Below are positions 25,148 to 34,206 of a stretch of DNA of 41,910 bases, in pieces (the first letter of the stretch is position 1; the number at the start of each line of letters is the position of its first letter). The notes under the pieces were generated by a model, which saw nothing but the letters and a program-made list of their open reading frames with translations, was not told the origin of the DNA and did no database searches. This stretch comes from an uncultured Thermococci archaeon (GTDB lineage Archaea > CAYQAE01 > CAYVLA01), in NCBI GenBank assembly GCA_964549615.1, contig CAZJVP010000045.1, forward strand, positions 1 to 41,910, read 5' to 3'. The position numbers and the translations under genes were made by a program.

Positions 25148-27599
25148 GAGCGTTCCCACCGGCTGTGAAACCATCCAGGGTCCTCTGCCTGGTCTTGTAG
25201 AACCTAAGATCCTCCTCCTTGAATCCAAAGGCCTCCATTATCCTCATCGATGGCGGGAGTATCTGGTTCCGCACGTAGTACTCCACATCGTAGTCCTCAA
25301 TCCTGGCTTGCTCGATGGGCTGCGCCCGATCCCCGACCTTGCCTGAACCCCTGCGAACCACGTAGTCTATGGTCGCCCCCTGGTCGATGTCCCCGCCGCC
25401 CTTGACCATGCGCCTAGCGACCGCGACATGGGGGGCCTCCGCCTCATAGCTGCTGAGGGTCTTCGCCATCCGGGTCGAAATCACAAGATCGCGCAGCTCC
25501 ACCGATCTCTCCGAGACGGCCCTGATCGATCGCCTGATCTCCTCAGCTGCCTTATAGGGGTCACCGTCCCTCAGGATTGCCTCAAGGACCCTCCGCTGAG
25601 TCTCCTTGGCCAGGGGTGACCAGTCCCTTCTCACAACCTCGAGCCCCCTTGTCAGAATCCTGCCGCTCTCGTCGATGAGCGCATACCTCTTCTTGCTGAC
25701 GAAAAAACCCCTTGGATAGTAGCTTTGGTACTCGAGCTGTATGATTCCCGGCAACGTCGAGTTCATTTTCTCTAGGAAGGCCTTGGCCTCCTGCACCAGG
25801 GAGTCCCGGTCGGTCGGCTGCCTGGTTATGAAGACGGAATCCGTGTCCGAGTAAAGAACCTGGAATCCCTCCTTCTCGGCCGCGTCGATCGTGGTCCTGA
25901 TGTAGTAGCGGCCCCACGCCGCGATGCTTTCGGCGCATTCCCTGGAGTACCAGCGCGCCGGGGCATAGCCGCTGTAGCCGTAGAACGAGTTGGCAAGGAT
26001 CTTTAGGGCATTCTGCATTACGTCGAGCCTCTTGTAGGCGGGGGAGCCAGGATCGATCCGCGCGAGCTGGCGCTTGATCTCAAGCCTCCTCTCAACCAGG
26101 CTCGCCACGATGGAGGGTATGAAGCCCTGTCTGTTGAGGCAGAAGTGATGCCCGGTTGGCGAGGAGTTCCGGCCTGCGCAGCAGTCACAATCCAGGGTCG
26201 ATATGTCCACGTTGTGGGTGACGATGATCGTCGGATACAGGCTGCGAAAGTCTAACGCCACGATGTCCCTCTGGAGGCCCTTCCTGGGTTCCAAGACATA
26301 GCCGCCAACGTATGTTTCCCTGCGCCTTCTCGCGAGCTCCTGGGAGCTCGGCTTGTTGGGCACAAGATCCCCCCTCCTGTAGGCCTCCCTGATGAGCAGC
26401 CATTCCACCATCTGCGACTGTCCCATCCTTGAGACGTCGGCCAGAAGCTGCTTCGTGTTCTTCGACAGCTCAAGAAGCGTGGGGAGGACTTCTGAGGCTA
26501 TGGCGGCCGTGGCCTCCGCGTCCGAGGCACAGTAGCGCGCTATTCTGGCTGCCCCCTCATCGGTTCCACCCTCCCAGAGGCGGAGGATCTCGCTTGCCGT
26601 CAGCTCTTCCTTCTTCTTATTCAATAGACGCAGGCACACCTGGGCGAGGGTGTAGGATGGCAGATTGAACATACGCCGCACAGGCGGATATAGGTCTATG
26701 TTGATCCTGCCTTTGACGATCGATCGGGCCGTCACAGCACCGGGCTGGCAGGTGACCTCCGATGAGTCGCGCCCCAGCCGAAGCCTCAAGCCGACCTGCC
26801 TGGCCCGGGCCCTCAGGTAAGGAAGGTCAAAGGAATCGGAGTTGTACCCGACGAGTACGTCGTAATCCTTCTCGCGGACGATCGAGACGAACCGCGAGAT
26901 CGCGTCCTTCTCATCCTCGCAGGTCTCCATGCCCTCGCCTTGCCTGCCGTAGGTGAGGACGCGCGTCCCCTCGGAGTCGGTTAGGCCGATCATGATTACG
27001 GGGTCCACAGCGGCGTCGGGCACGCCCCTCGTCGCCACCTCGATGTCGAATGCAAGGACCCTTAAGTCCGAGAGATCGAGGTACTCGTCCAGCGCACCCT
27101 CCACCCTCGCATTTTGCAGAAGCATCTGAGCGGGGGCCTTCGTCGGTGCGGGCTCGCCCCGTAGCCTTGCGATCCCCAAGGGGTTGATCCCCGCGTCGAT
27201 TATGAACCTGCGCTTGAAGAGGATGTCCTTCTCGTAGGTCTCCTTGACGGCAGGTATCTGTTCAAGGAACGCCCTCGCCGTCCTGACGTTTCTTGGGCTG
27301 TCTATCGTGGCCTTCACCAGGGTGATCTCCTGCCCAAGCCACTTCTTGTTCTCCAGGCGGGCCCCTGCGATATGGGCCGGGATCGATACCTCCGCCGAGA
27401 GCATCCTCACCATCAGGGCGCGAGGGTCCGATCCAGGGGAGGGCATGCAGTAAAAATAGGGCTTGAAATCCGGGCAGAGCGCGAGGACGCTTTGCCCCTG
27501 TCGGCTACGTCCGAATATCCTTATGAGCGGCGAATCGTTCTCCAGGACATAATCTACTTCCTGGACGAAGATCTCCTTGGGCTCCGAGGGCGATGCCAT
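25140..27599 (-). CDS. polB: Family B DNA polymerase
   Basis: Exonuclease motifs FDIE, GYNSDSFD, YCASD; polymerase motifs DFRSLYP, KILANSFYGY, YSDTDS, KKRYA; PIP-like QRTLDGF. No intein. Confidence 0.96.
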   Translation of the reverse strand: MASPSEPKEIFVQEVDYVLENDSPLIRIFGRSRQGQSVLALCPDFKPYFYCMPSPGSDPRALMVRMLSAEVSIPAHIAGARLENKKWLGQEITLVKATIDSPRNVRTARAFLEQIPAVKETYEKDILFKRRFIIDAGINPLGIARLRGEPAPTKAPAQMLLQNARVEGALDEYLDLSDLRVLAFDIEVATRGVPDAAVDPVIMIGLTDSEGTRVLTYGRQGEGMETCEDEKDAISRFVSIVREKDYDVLVGYNSDSFDLPYLRARARQVGLRLRLGRDSSEVTCQPGAVTARSIVKGRINIDLYPPVRRMFNLPSYTLAQVCLRLLNKKKEELTASEILRLWEGGTDEGAARIARYCASDAEATAAIASEVLPTLLELSKNTKQLLADVSRMGQSQMVEWLLIREAYRRGDLVPNKPSSQELARRRRETYVGGYVLEPRKGLQRDIVALDFRSLYPTIIVTHNVDISTLDCDCCAGRNSSPTGHHFCLNRQGFIPSIVASLVERRLEIKRQLARIDPGSPAYKRLDVMQNALKILANSFYGYSGYAPARWYSRECAESIAAWGRYYIRTTIDAAEKEGFQVLYSDTDSVFITRQPTDRDSLVQEAKAFLEKMNSTLPGIIQLEYQSYYPRGFFVSKKRYALIDESGRILTRGLEVVRRDWSPLAKETQRRVLEAILRDGDPYKAAEEIRRSIRAVSERSVELRDLVISTRMAKTLSSYEAEAPHVAVARRMVKGGGDIDQGATIDYVVRRGSGKVGDRAQPIEQARIEDYDVEYYVRNQILPPSMRIMEAFGFKEEDLRFYKTRQRTLDGFTAGGNAHD

Positions 27600-27730
27600 C
27601 CTTGCAGCTCGACTTCCTGAAGCGGATAAAGAAGAAAAATGCTCTGAATGGCTGCCTGAATCCGTCCTGTCCCCGGCAAACCGTCAGGGCCGCAGGGGAA
27701 GGGGTGAGCCATCGGTCGGGAAGCCGAGAA

Positions 27731-27743
27731 GGAAACTTATAAG
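27731..27743 (+). promoter_or_regulatory. BRE/TATA (GGAAACTTATAAG) upstream of the ABC transporter operon
   Basis: Purine-rich BRE-like segment followed by TTATAA about 85 nt before ATG 27825. Confidence 0.55.
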
Positions 27744-27824
27744 AAGGGTACGGAGAACGGCCGAAGCACCCGTATGCACGAGAGCTGGGCGAGAACCCAT
27801 GCCTCTCGTAAGGGGAGAAGAAAG

Positions 27825-29561
27825 ATGAGGAACGAAAATCTGCGCTGGATCGGCGTCTTGATCGTTCTCCTGACTATCGGGGGGATGGTCGGCCTTTCTG
27901 GCTGCATTTCGGAAAAGAAAGAAAAGGACTCAGATGGGGATGGAATCCCCGACAGCGAAGACAAATACCCCGGCGAAGACGACCACCTGTACCTGGACGA
28001 CGACGGAGACGGCGTTCTCAACAAGAACGACAAGTACCCCGGACGAAACGACACGATGTTCGGAGGGACCTTCATCAGATGGTCCGCCGAGCCATCTACA
28101 TTGGACCCCGTGATGAGCACGGACGCGGCATCACACGAGATCATCACCAAGCTATTCGATGCCCTGGTTCAGTACAAGCCCGGGACCACCGAGATCGAGC
28201 CCGGACTGGCCAAGTCCTGGGACGTCACGCCGGATGCTCTCGAGTACACCTTCTACCTGAGGAGCGGTGTGAAGTTCCACAACGGCAGGGAGATGACCGC
28301 AGACGACGTGAAGTACAGCTTCGACAGGCTGATGGACCCCGCGACCGGTTCGCCGAGGATCGGCTTCGCAGAGGACATAGAGAGCGTGACGGTCGTGAAC
28401 AAGACGGTCGTCAAGATCAGGACCAAGTATGCCTTCATACCGTTCCTGTCGAAGATCGCCTACACCTGCTTCATGATAGTTCCCAAGGAGGAAGTCGAGA
28501 AGTGGGGCGACAAGTTTGCACAGCACCCGGTGGGGACAGGGCCGTTCAAGTTCGTGAAGTGGGATGCCGGATCGATGGTCGTGATAGAGGCAAACGACGA
28601 CTACTGGGGCGGAAGACCCTACATTGACAGGTACGAGTACCGCGTGTACGAGGACGATGAGGTCATCTGGCAGGCGTTCAAAGCAGGAGAGATCTCCTTT
28701 GCCGGTGTGCCGTCGGCGCATTGGGAGGAGTTCCAGGCGGACGCGAACCTAGTCAAGTACTCCAAGACCTACGCCGAGCTATCGACCTTCTGGTTGGTCT
28801 TCAACTGCGAGAAGTGGCCCTTCAAGGAGAAGGCAATCAGGAACGCGGTCTGCTGCGCCCTGCAGAAGAAGGAGCTGCTGGACACGGTGTTCAAGGGAAG
28901 GTACATGGAGGCTCGCGGGCCTCTGCCGCCAACCATTTGGGGCTTCGACCAGACTCTGTACGACAGCTACAAGTACAACTACGACCCCGCGAAGGCTAAG
29001 CAGATCCTTGACGCTGCCGGGATCGTAGACACCGACGGCGACGGAATCAGGGAGTACGAGGGCAAGCCGCTCAAGATAGAGTACAGCAGCTACATCAGCG
29101 CATCCTGGCAGACGGCCTCCCAGACCCATCTGGCGAACCTGCGGGAAATCGGCATCGAGGCGACCTATGTACAGTACGAGTTCCCAACCCTGATCGGAAT
29201 GCAGGACGAGGGCAACTTCACCCTGCTAACCCTCGGTTGGGGAACCGACTATCCCGACCCGGAGAACTACATGATCCTGTGGGAGAGCAAGAACATACCG
29301 GATCCCAACGGCTGCCGGTGGAGGAACGCTGAATTCGATGACCTAGCGATGAGAGCGAAGAAGGAGATCGACGTTAGCAAGCGGCTGGACCTCTACAAGC
29401 AGATGAGCGCCATACTCATGGAGGAGAACCCGCACTGGTGGTACTTCTACAGGAGACAGACGCGAGTCTGGCAACCGTGGGTTCACGGCATCGTTATGGG
29501 GGCCCAGGGCTTCGAGAATGAGAAGTGCCTTGGGGTCTGGATCGAGCCCGGACACAGATAG
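27825..29561 (+). CDS. dppA: Dpp/Opp-family ABC transporter substrate-binding lipoprotein (SBP family 5)
   Basis: Signal peptide with LSGC lipobox, TLDP, PGLAKSW, LRSGVKFHNG...TADDVKYSF, PVGTGPF, GWGTDYPDP. Confidence 0.92.
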   Translation: MRNENLRWIGVLIVLLTIGGMVGLSGCISEKKEKDSDGDGIPDSEDKYPGEDDHLYLDDDGDGVLNKNDKYPGRNDTMFGGTFIRWSAEPSTLDPVMSTDAASHEIITKLFDALVQYKPGTTEIEPGLAKSWDVTPDALEYTFYLRSGVKFHNGREMTADDVKYSFDRLMDPATGSPRIGFAEDIESVTVVNKTVVKIRTKYAFIPFLSKIAYTCFMIVPKEEVEKWGDKFAQHPVGTGPFKFVKWDAGSMVVIEANDDYWGGRPYIDRYEYRVYEDDEVIWQAFKAGEISFAGVPSAHWEEFQADANLVKYSKTYAELSTFWLVFNCEKWPFKEKAIRNAVCCALQKKELLDTVFKGRYMEARGPLPPTIWGFDQTLYDSYKYNYDPAKAKQILDAAGIVDTDGDGIREYEGKPLKIEYSSYISASWQTASQTHLANLREIGIEATYVQYEFPTLIGMQDEGNFTLLTLGWGTDYPDPENYMILWESKNIPDPNGCRWRNAEFDDLAMRAKKEIDVSKRLDLYKQMSAILMEENPHWWYFYRRQTRVWQPWVHGIVMGAQGFENEKCLGVWIEPGHR

Positions 29562-29580
29562 CGAAAACAGTTAAAACGCT

Positions 29581-29598
29581 CTTTTTTCGTTTTTTTCT
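29581..29598 (+). terminator. Oligo-T tracts after the SBP gene (probable partial terminator)
   Basis: CTTTTTTCGTTTTTTTCT 20 nt after the stop codon; typical archaeal U-rich terminator. Confidence 0.6.
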
Positions 29599-29620
29599 GA
29601 TCCTGGCCTAGTGGTAGGAC

Positions 29621-30568
29621 TTGAGGGAGTACATACTCAAGAAGATCGGCCTGATGTTCGTCGTCCTGATGGGAGTGTACACCATAGTCTTTGCCCTCTG
29701 CGTCGCGGCGCCGGGAGATCCGGCCCGCATCGCCCTCGGCAGGGCGGACAACCCCTTGGCCAGGCAGATCCTCAGAGAGAAGTGGGGCCTGGACAAGCCG
29801 GTCATCCAGCAGTACTTCCAGACGCTGAAGAGCATGATCACGCTGGATTTCCCTCAGTCCTTCCGATACAGAGAAAACGTGGGGGACCTCATACTGTCAA
29901 GGCTGCCAAGGACCTTCTTCCTCGGCGTCATTGCGATCGGCGTATCCATCCTCATTGCCATACCGGCCGGGATAGTCTCCGCTTACAAGCACAATTCCAT
30001 CATAGACAACATCACGATGGTCGCTTCCCAGATCGGGGTGGCGGTGCCGAACTTCTGGCTCGGCCTGATGTTGATCGTCGTGTTCTACACGAAGCTGCAC
30101 TGGTTCCAGATAGGTGCGCCGGAGCATCTTCTGAGCCTGGAAGGCCTGTCCAAGGTTGCGCTGCCGGCAATCACCCTGGGGACCGGCATGGCGGCGGTCA
30201 CCGCTCGATTGACGCGCTCCTCGATGCTCGAGGTCATAAGGGAAGAGTACATCATGACGGCAAGGGCAAAGGGGCTCAGCGAGAGGGTCGTCATCCTCAA
30301 GCATGCATTCCGCAATGCGCTCCTCCCGGTCGTCACGGTGATTGGGCTCCAGTTCCCGTTGGTCGTAGGCGGGGCCGTGATAACCGAGCAGGTCTTCGGG
30401 TGGTACGGCCTGGGGCAACTATACATCAGGTCCATAGCCGCAAGGGATTATCCGGTCATAGTCACGACCACGCTGCTTTTCACGATAGGCGTCGTCGTGA
30501 CGAACCTGGTCGTTGACATACTCTACACCTACATCGACCCGCGGGTCAAATACGAGAAGGTGAAGTAG
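29621..30568 (+). CDS. dppB: Peptide ABC transporter permease
   Basis: PGDPA, GLDKP, PNFWLG, TARAKGL...KHAFRNA, RDYP, YIDPR. Confidence 0.93.
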   Translation: MREYILKKIGLMFVVLMGVYTIVFALCVAAPGDPARIALGRADNPLARQILREKWGLDKPVIQQYFQTLKSMITLDFPQSFRYRENVGDLILSRLPRTFFLGVIAIGVSILIAIPAGIVSAYKHNSIIDNITMVASQIGVAVPNFWLGLMLIVVFYTKLHWFQIGAPEHLLSLEGLSKVALPAITLGTGMAAVTARLTRSSMLEVIREEYIMTARAKGLSERVVILKHAFRNALLPVVTVIGLQFPLVVGGAVITEQVFGWYGLGQLYIRSIAARDYPVIVTTTLLFTIGVVVTNLVVDILYTYIDPRVKYEKVK

Positions 30569-30573
30569 GACCC

Positions 30574-31806
30574 ATGGAACGACCGGTTGCGCGAAGGGTG
30601 AGGTCCGAGAGGGACCTTGAGGAACTGATAGCCCGGCGCAAGGAGAACTTTAGGAAGAAGGTCAAGTTCGCACTGGCCTTCTCGGCCATCATCGTTGTCT
30701 TCGGCCAAGTGTACAGCATGCTGGGGAGGGAGGGGACCCTCGGCCCGCTAGACATGTCCGTGTGGACGCACAGGATATTCGTGGTGTGTTTGTACGTCTT
30801 GGCCTTCTACATCTTCCTGAAAATAGCCTACAGGTATTTCGATAGGATCTTCTTCAAGTACAGGACCAACACCTGGGAGCTTACCTGGAGACGGTTCAGA
30901 AGGAACAACGCAGCCAACCTCGGCCTGCTGATCATCATCACCCTCGTCATCGTGGCCGTATTCGCACATCTCCTCGCGCCGTATCCGGATCCATCCAAGA
31001 CGGTGAACTACGATCCCAACTATGCCCTAAAGCACCTGGAGGAGCCCCCCTCGAAGACGCACATACTGGGAACCGATCGCAACGGCAGGGACATGCTGTC
31101 CGTCCTGATCTACGGCAGCAGGATCTCCCTTGCCCTGGGACTATCGGTTGAATTGACGGCCTCCCTGATCGGGATCATCTTCGGATCGGTCGCGGCTTAC
31201 TACGGGGGTTGGACGGATAAGCTGCTAAACGTCATAAACGACATCGTGATGGCCTTCCCATTCCTGCTCTTCGTCATCGTGCTCGTCTCGGTGTTCAGGC
31301 AGGTGTACTTCTCGATTAAGTTGCCGTTCACCGATATCATCATATTCGACTCCGCCAAGATCTTCGCGCTCTGGAACGGGCTCTTTTTGATCTTCGTCGC
31401 GCTTGCGCTGCTGAACTGGAGCGGAGTATACAGGGTCGTTAGAAGCCGGATCCTGTCCGTAAAGGAGATGGAGTTCGTGGAAGCGGCGAGGGCGGTCGGC
31501 GCGAACGATCGCCGCATCATATTTCGCCACATCCTCCCCAACGTCCTTTCCCCCATAATCGTGTTGGTCACGCTCGGCATAGCCAGCGTCATCCTCACCG
31601 AGGCTGCCCTCTCCTATCTGGGCTTTGGCGCCGCCGAGGGAGCCGTTTCGTGGGGCCGGGCAATATTCGAGGGGCGCGAGTACGCAACGACGTCGAAGGC
31701 CTTCCTGGTATTCTTCCCGGGAATCGCCATAGTCGTTTCGATCCTGGGATTCAACTCTCTGGGGGATGGCTTGAGGGACGCCTTCGATCCGAGGATGAAG
31801 AGGTAG
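30574..31806 (+). CDS. dppC: Peptide ABC transporter permease with extended N-terminus
   Basis: HILGTD..GRD, GSRISL, EFVEAARAVGA...HILPN, GDGLRDAFDPR. Confidence 0.92.
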   Translation: MERPVARRVRSERDLEELIARRKENFRKKVKFALAFSAIIVVFGQVYSMLGREGTLGPLDMSVWTHRIFVVCLYVLAFYIFLKIAYRYFDRIFFKYRTNTWELTWRRFRRNNAANLGLLIIITLVIVAVFAHLLAPYPDPSKTVNYDPNYALKHLEEPPSKTHILGTDRNGRDMLSVLIYGSRISLALGLSVELTASLIGIIFGSVAAYYGGWTDKLLNVINDIVMAFPFLLFVIVLVSVFRQVYFSIKLPFTDIIIFDSAKIFALWNGLFLIFVALALLNWSGVYRVVRSRILSVKEMEFVEAARAVGANDRRIIFRHILPNVLSPIIVLVTLGIASVILTEAALSYLGFGAAEGAVSWGRAIFEGREYATTSKAFLVFFPGIAIVVSILGFNSLGDGLRDAFDPRMKR

Positions 31807-31809
31807 GGT

Positions 31810-32772
31810 TTGGGAATGCCGCTGCTCGACGTCCAGGACCTCAAGACGCACTTCTTCACCGAGGACGGCGTGGTTCAAGCCGTGGATGGCGTGTCCTTTC
31901 AGCTTGAGCCGGGCCAAAAGATGGGGCTGGTCGGAGAATCGGGCTGTGGCAAGAGCGTGACGGCTCTGTCGATCATGCGGCTGGTCCCGGATCCTCCTGG
32001 CAGGATAGTCTCGGGTCGAATACTCTTCGACGGCGTCGACCTCGTGCAGATCCCGAAGGAGGAGATGAGAACCGTCAGGGGACGGCGCATATCGATGATC
32101 TTCCAGGATCCCATGACCTCCCTCAACCCGGTCTTCACGGTGGGATACCAGATAGACGAAGCGATTCAGCTTCATCAGGGACTTGAAAGAGAGGAGGCTA
32201 GACGCAAGACCCTTGAGATGTTGGAGACGGTGAACATTGCAAACCCCGACAGGGTCGCGAACTCCTATCCCCATGAACTCAGCGGAGGCATGCGGCAGCG
32301 ATGCATGATAGCGATGGCGCTTTCCTGCAGGCCGAAGCTTCTGATTGCTGACGAACCCACCACCTCGCTCGACGTGACCATCGAGGCGCAGATCCTAGAC
32401 CTGATAGACGATCTAAACCGAAAGCTGAACACGGCGCTCCTGCTCATCACGCACGACATGGGCATCATCGCCGAGATGTGCCAGAAGGTCGCAGTGATGT
32501 ACGGCGGCACGATCGTCGAGATGGCTGACACGAGGACCCTCTTCAAGGCACCGCGGCATCCCTACACGGTGGGGCTGCTCAGGTCGATCCCATCTCTCTC
32601 GGTTGAGAAGACGGATCTCAAGATCATCCCGGGCTCGGTCCCGGATCTGATTAACCCGCCACCGGGCTGCCGCTTCCACCCCAGGTGCGAACACTGCAAG
32701 GAGGCCTGCAAGCGCGAACGTCCCAAGCTAGTGGACGTGGGGGGCGGACACCTCGTCGCGTGCCATCTGTAG
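31810..32772 (+). CDS. dppD: Peptide ABC transporter ATPase
   Basis: [33 protein letters not shown]-terminal GCRFHPRC...VACH. Start may be ATG 31816. Confidence 0.95.
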   Translation: MGMPLLDVQDLKTHFFTEDGVVQAVDGVSFQLEPGQKMGLVGESGCGKSVTALSIMRLVPDPPGRIVSGRILFDGVDLVQIPKEEMRTVRGRRISMIFQDPMTSLNPVFTVGYQIDEAIQLHQGLEREEARRKTLEMLETVNIANPDRVANSYPHELSGGMRQRCMIAMALSCRPKLLIADEPTTSLDVTIEAQILDLIDDLNRKLNTALLLITHDMGIIAEMCQKVAVMYGGTIVEMADTRTLFKAPRHPYTVGLLRSIPSLSVEKTDLKIIPGSVPDLINPPPGCRFHPRCEHCKEACKRERPKLVDVGGGHLVACHL

Positions 32773-32782
32773 GTGAGTTGAC

Positions 32783-33778
32783 TTGGACGACGACGTTCTG
32801 CTCCAAACTGTGAACCTCACGAAGTACTTCAACATCTCCACGGGCATTTTCCGAAGGAAGATCAGCCACGTGCATGCCGTCGACGGGGTGTCCTTCAGGA
32901 TAAGGCGAGGCACCAACTTTGGCTTGGTGGGCGAATCGGGATGCGGAAAGACGACGGTCGGACGTACCATCATCAGGCTCCTGGACCCAACTGGCGGCCA
33001 GATACTCTTTAACGACGACGGCCAGCAGATTGACATCGCTGCCCTGGGTAAGGCCGAACTCCGGAAGATGCGAAGCAAGATGCAGATCGTCTTCCAGGAC
33101 CCGCAGTCCTCGCTCAATCCCAGGAGAACCATCAGAGACACGATCGCCGAGCCGCTGGAGATCCTGAAAGGCATGAGAGGCGAGGAGCTGGAGCTCGCAG
33201 TACTCGAACTGTTGGACGATGTCGGTCTCAACCCCGAACACGCACAGCGCTACCCGCACGAGTTCAGCGGAGGGCAAAGGCAGAGGATCGGGATCGCAAG
33301 GGCCATTGCGGTCAACCCCGAACTGGTCATCCTCGATGAGCCGACCTCGTCGCTTGATGTGTCGGTCCAGGCCCAGGTTCTGAACCTGCTCTTGGAGCTG
33401 CAGAAGGAGCACCAAATGAGCTACATGTTCATCTCCCACGATCTAAGCGTCATCCGCCACATGTGCGACGAGGTGGCAGTCATGTACCTCGGGGAGATAG
33501 TTGAATCGGGAGGCATCAGGGACGTCTTCCTTGAATCCAAGCACCCCTACACCCGGGCGCTTTTCTCTGCCATACCCGTGCCTGACCCGACCCGGAAGCG
33601 CAGCCGAATAGTCCTTCAGGGATCCGTGCCGAGCGCGCTCAACCCACCGTCGGGCTGTCGGTTTCACACGAGGTGCCCGTATGCCAAGCCAATATGCTCG
33701 GAGCAGGCACCCAAGGAGTACGAGGCGGGCAGGGGGCACTGGGTCAAGTGCCACTTCCAAGACCTGAAGTTCGAATAG
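32783..33778 (+). CDS. dppF: Peptide ABC transporter ATPase
   Basis: [34 protein letters not shown]...VKCH. Confidence 0.95.
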   Translation: MDDDVLLQTVNLTKYFNISTGIFRRKISHVHAVDGVSFRIRRGTNFGLVGESGCGKTTVGRTIIRLLDPTGGQILFNDDGQQIDIAALGKAELRKMRSKMQIVFQDPQSSLNPRRTIRDTIAEPLEILKGMRGEELELAVLELLDDVGLNPEHAQRYPHEFSGGQRQRIGIARAIAVNPELVILDEPTSSLDVSVQAQVLNLLLELQKEHQMSYMFISHDLSVIRHMCDEVAVMYLGEIVESGGIRDVFLESKHPYTRALFSAIPVPDPTRKRSRIVLQGSVPSALNPPSGCRFHTRCPYAKPICSEQAPKEYEAGRGHWVKCHFQDLKFE

Positions 33779-33789
33779 GGGTGTGCTGA

Positions 33790-34203
33790 TTGAGAAACCT
33801 TGCGATCGCGTACATCCTGACGGTCGCTGCCGTGATCGCCATCTGGGTGGCCATCATACCGACGCAGGAAAAGCTCATGGAAAGATTGGCGGAAGGAAAG
33901 ATGGAGACGGTGGTCCGGTCGCTGCAGTCAGAGATACTGAGCCGTTTCACCACCGTTGACATCGAAGGCAATCTCACCCACATGAAATACACCTATCACA
34001 ATGCGACCATCACTGGCTGGGACCTCCAACCCAACCTCACGACGCTTGTGATCTATTTCCAGGTGAATAGCCACGTCCGCATAAAGAGGTTCGGGCTGGT
34101 CGTAGACGAGTACGACGGCGACACCTACCAGAAGCTCATGGTTGCCAGACTCGAGGGGGAGACGTGGAGGCTGGATCCCTACTCGGCGAGGGATGTCGAA
34201 TAG
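33790..34203 (+). CDS. Hypothetical N-terminally membrane-anchored protein
   Basis: One N-terminal hydrophobic helix, GGGGTG SD-like sequence, 11 nt after dppF; fills the gap to the convergent gene. Confidence 0.6.
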   Translation: MRNLAIAYILTVAAVIAIWVAIIPTQEKLMERLAEGKMETVVRSLQSEILSRFTTVDIEGNLTHMKYTYHNATITGWDLQPNLTTLVIYFQVNSHVRIKRFGLVVDEYDGDTYQKLMVARLEGETWRLDPYSARDVE

Positions 34204-34206
34204 CCA

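Noticed and set aside
12506-27599. Inteins in LonB, PolB or the radical SAM protein
   Set aside because: Protein lengths are normal, conserved motifs are contiguous, and no intein splice-junction signatures were seen.
31225-32274. 349-aa ORF on the - strand
   Set aside because: Typical antisense shadow of ABC transporter genes.
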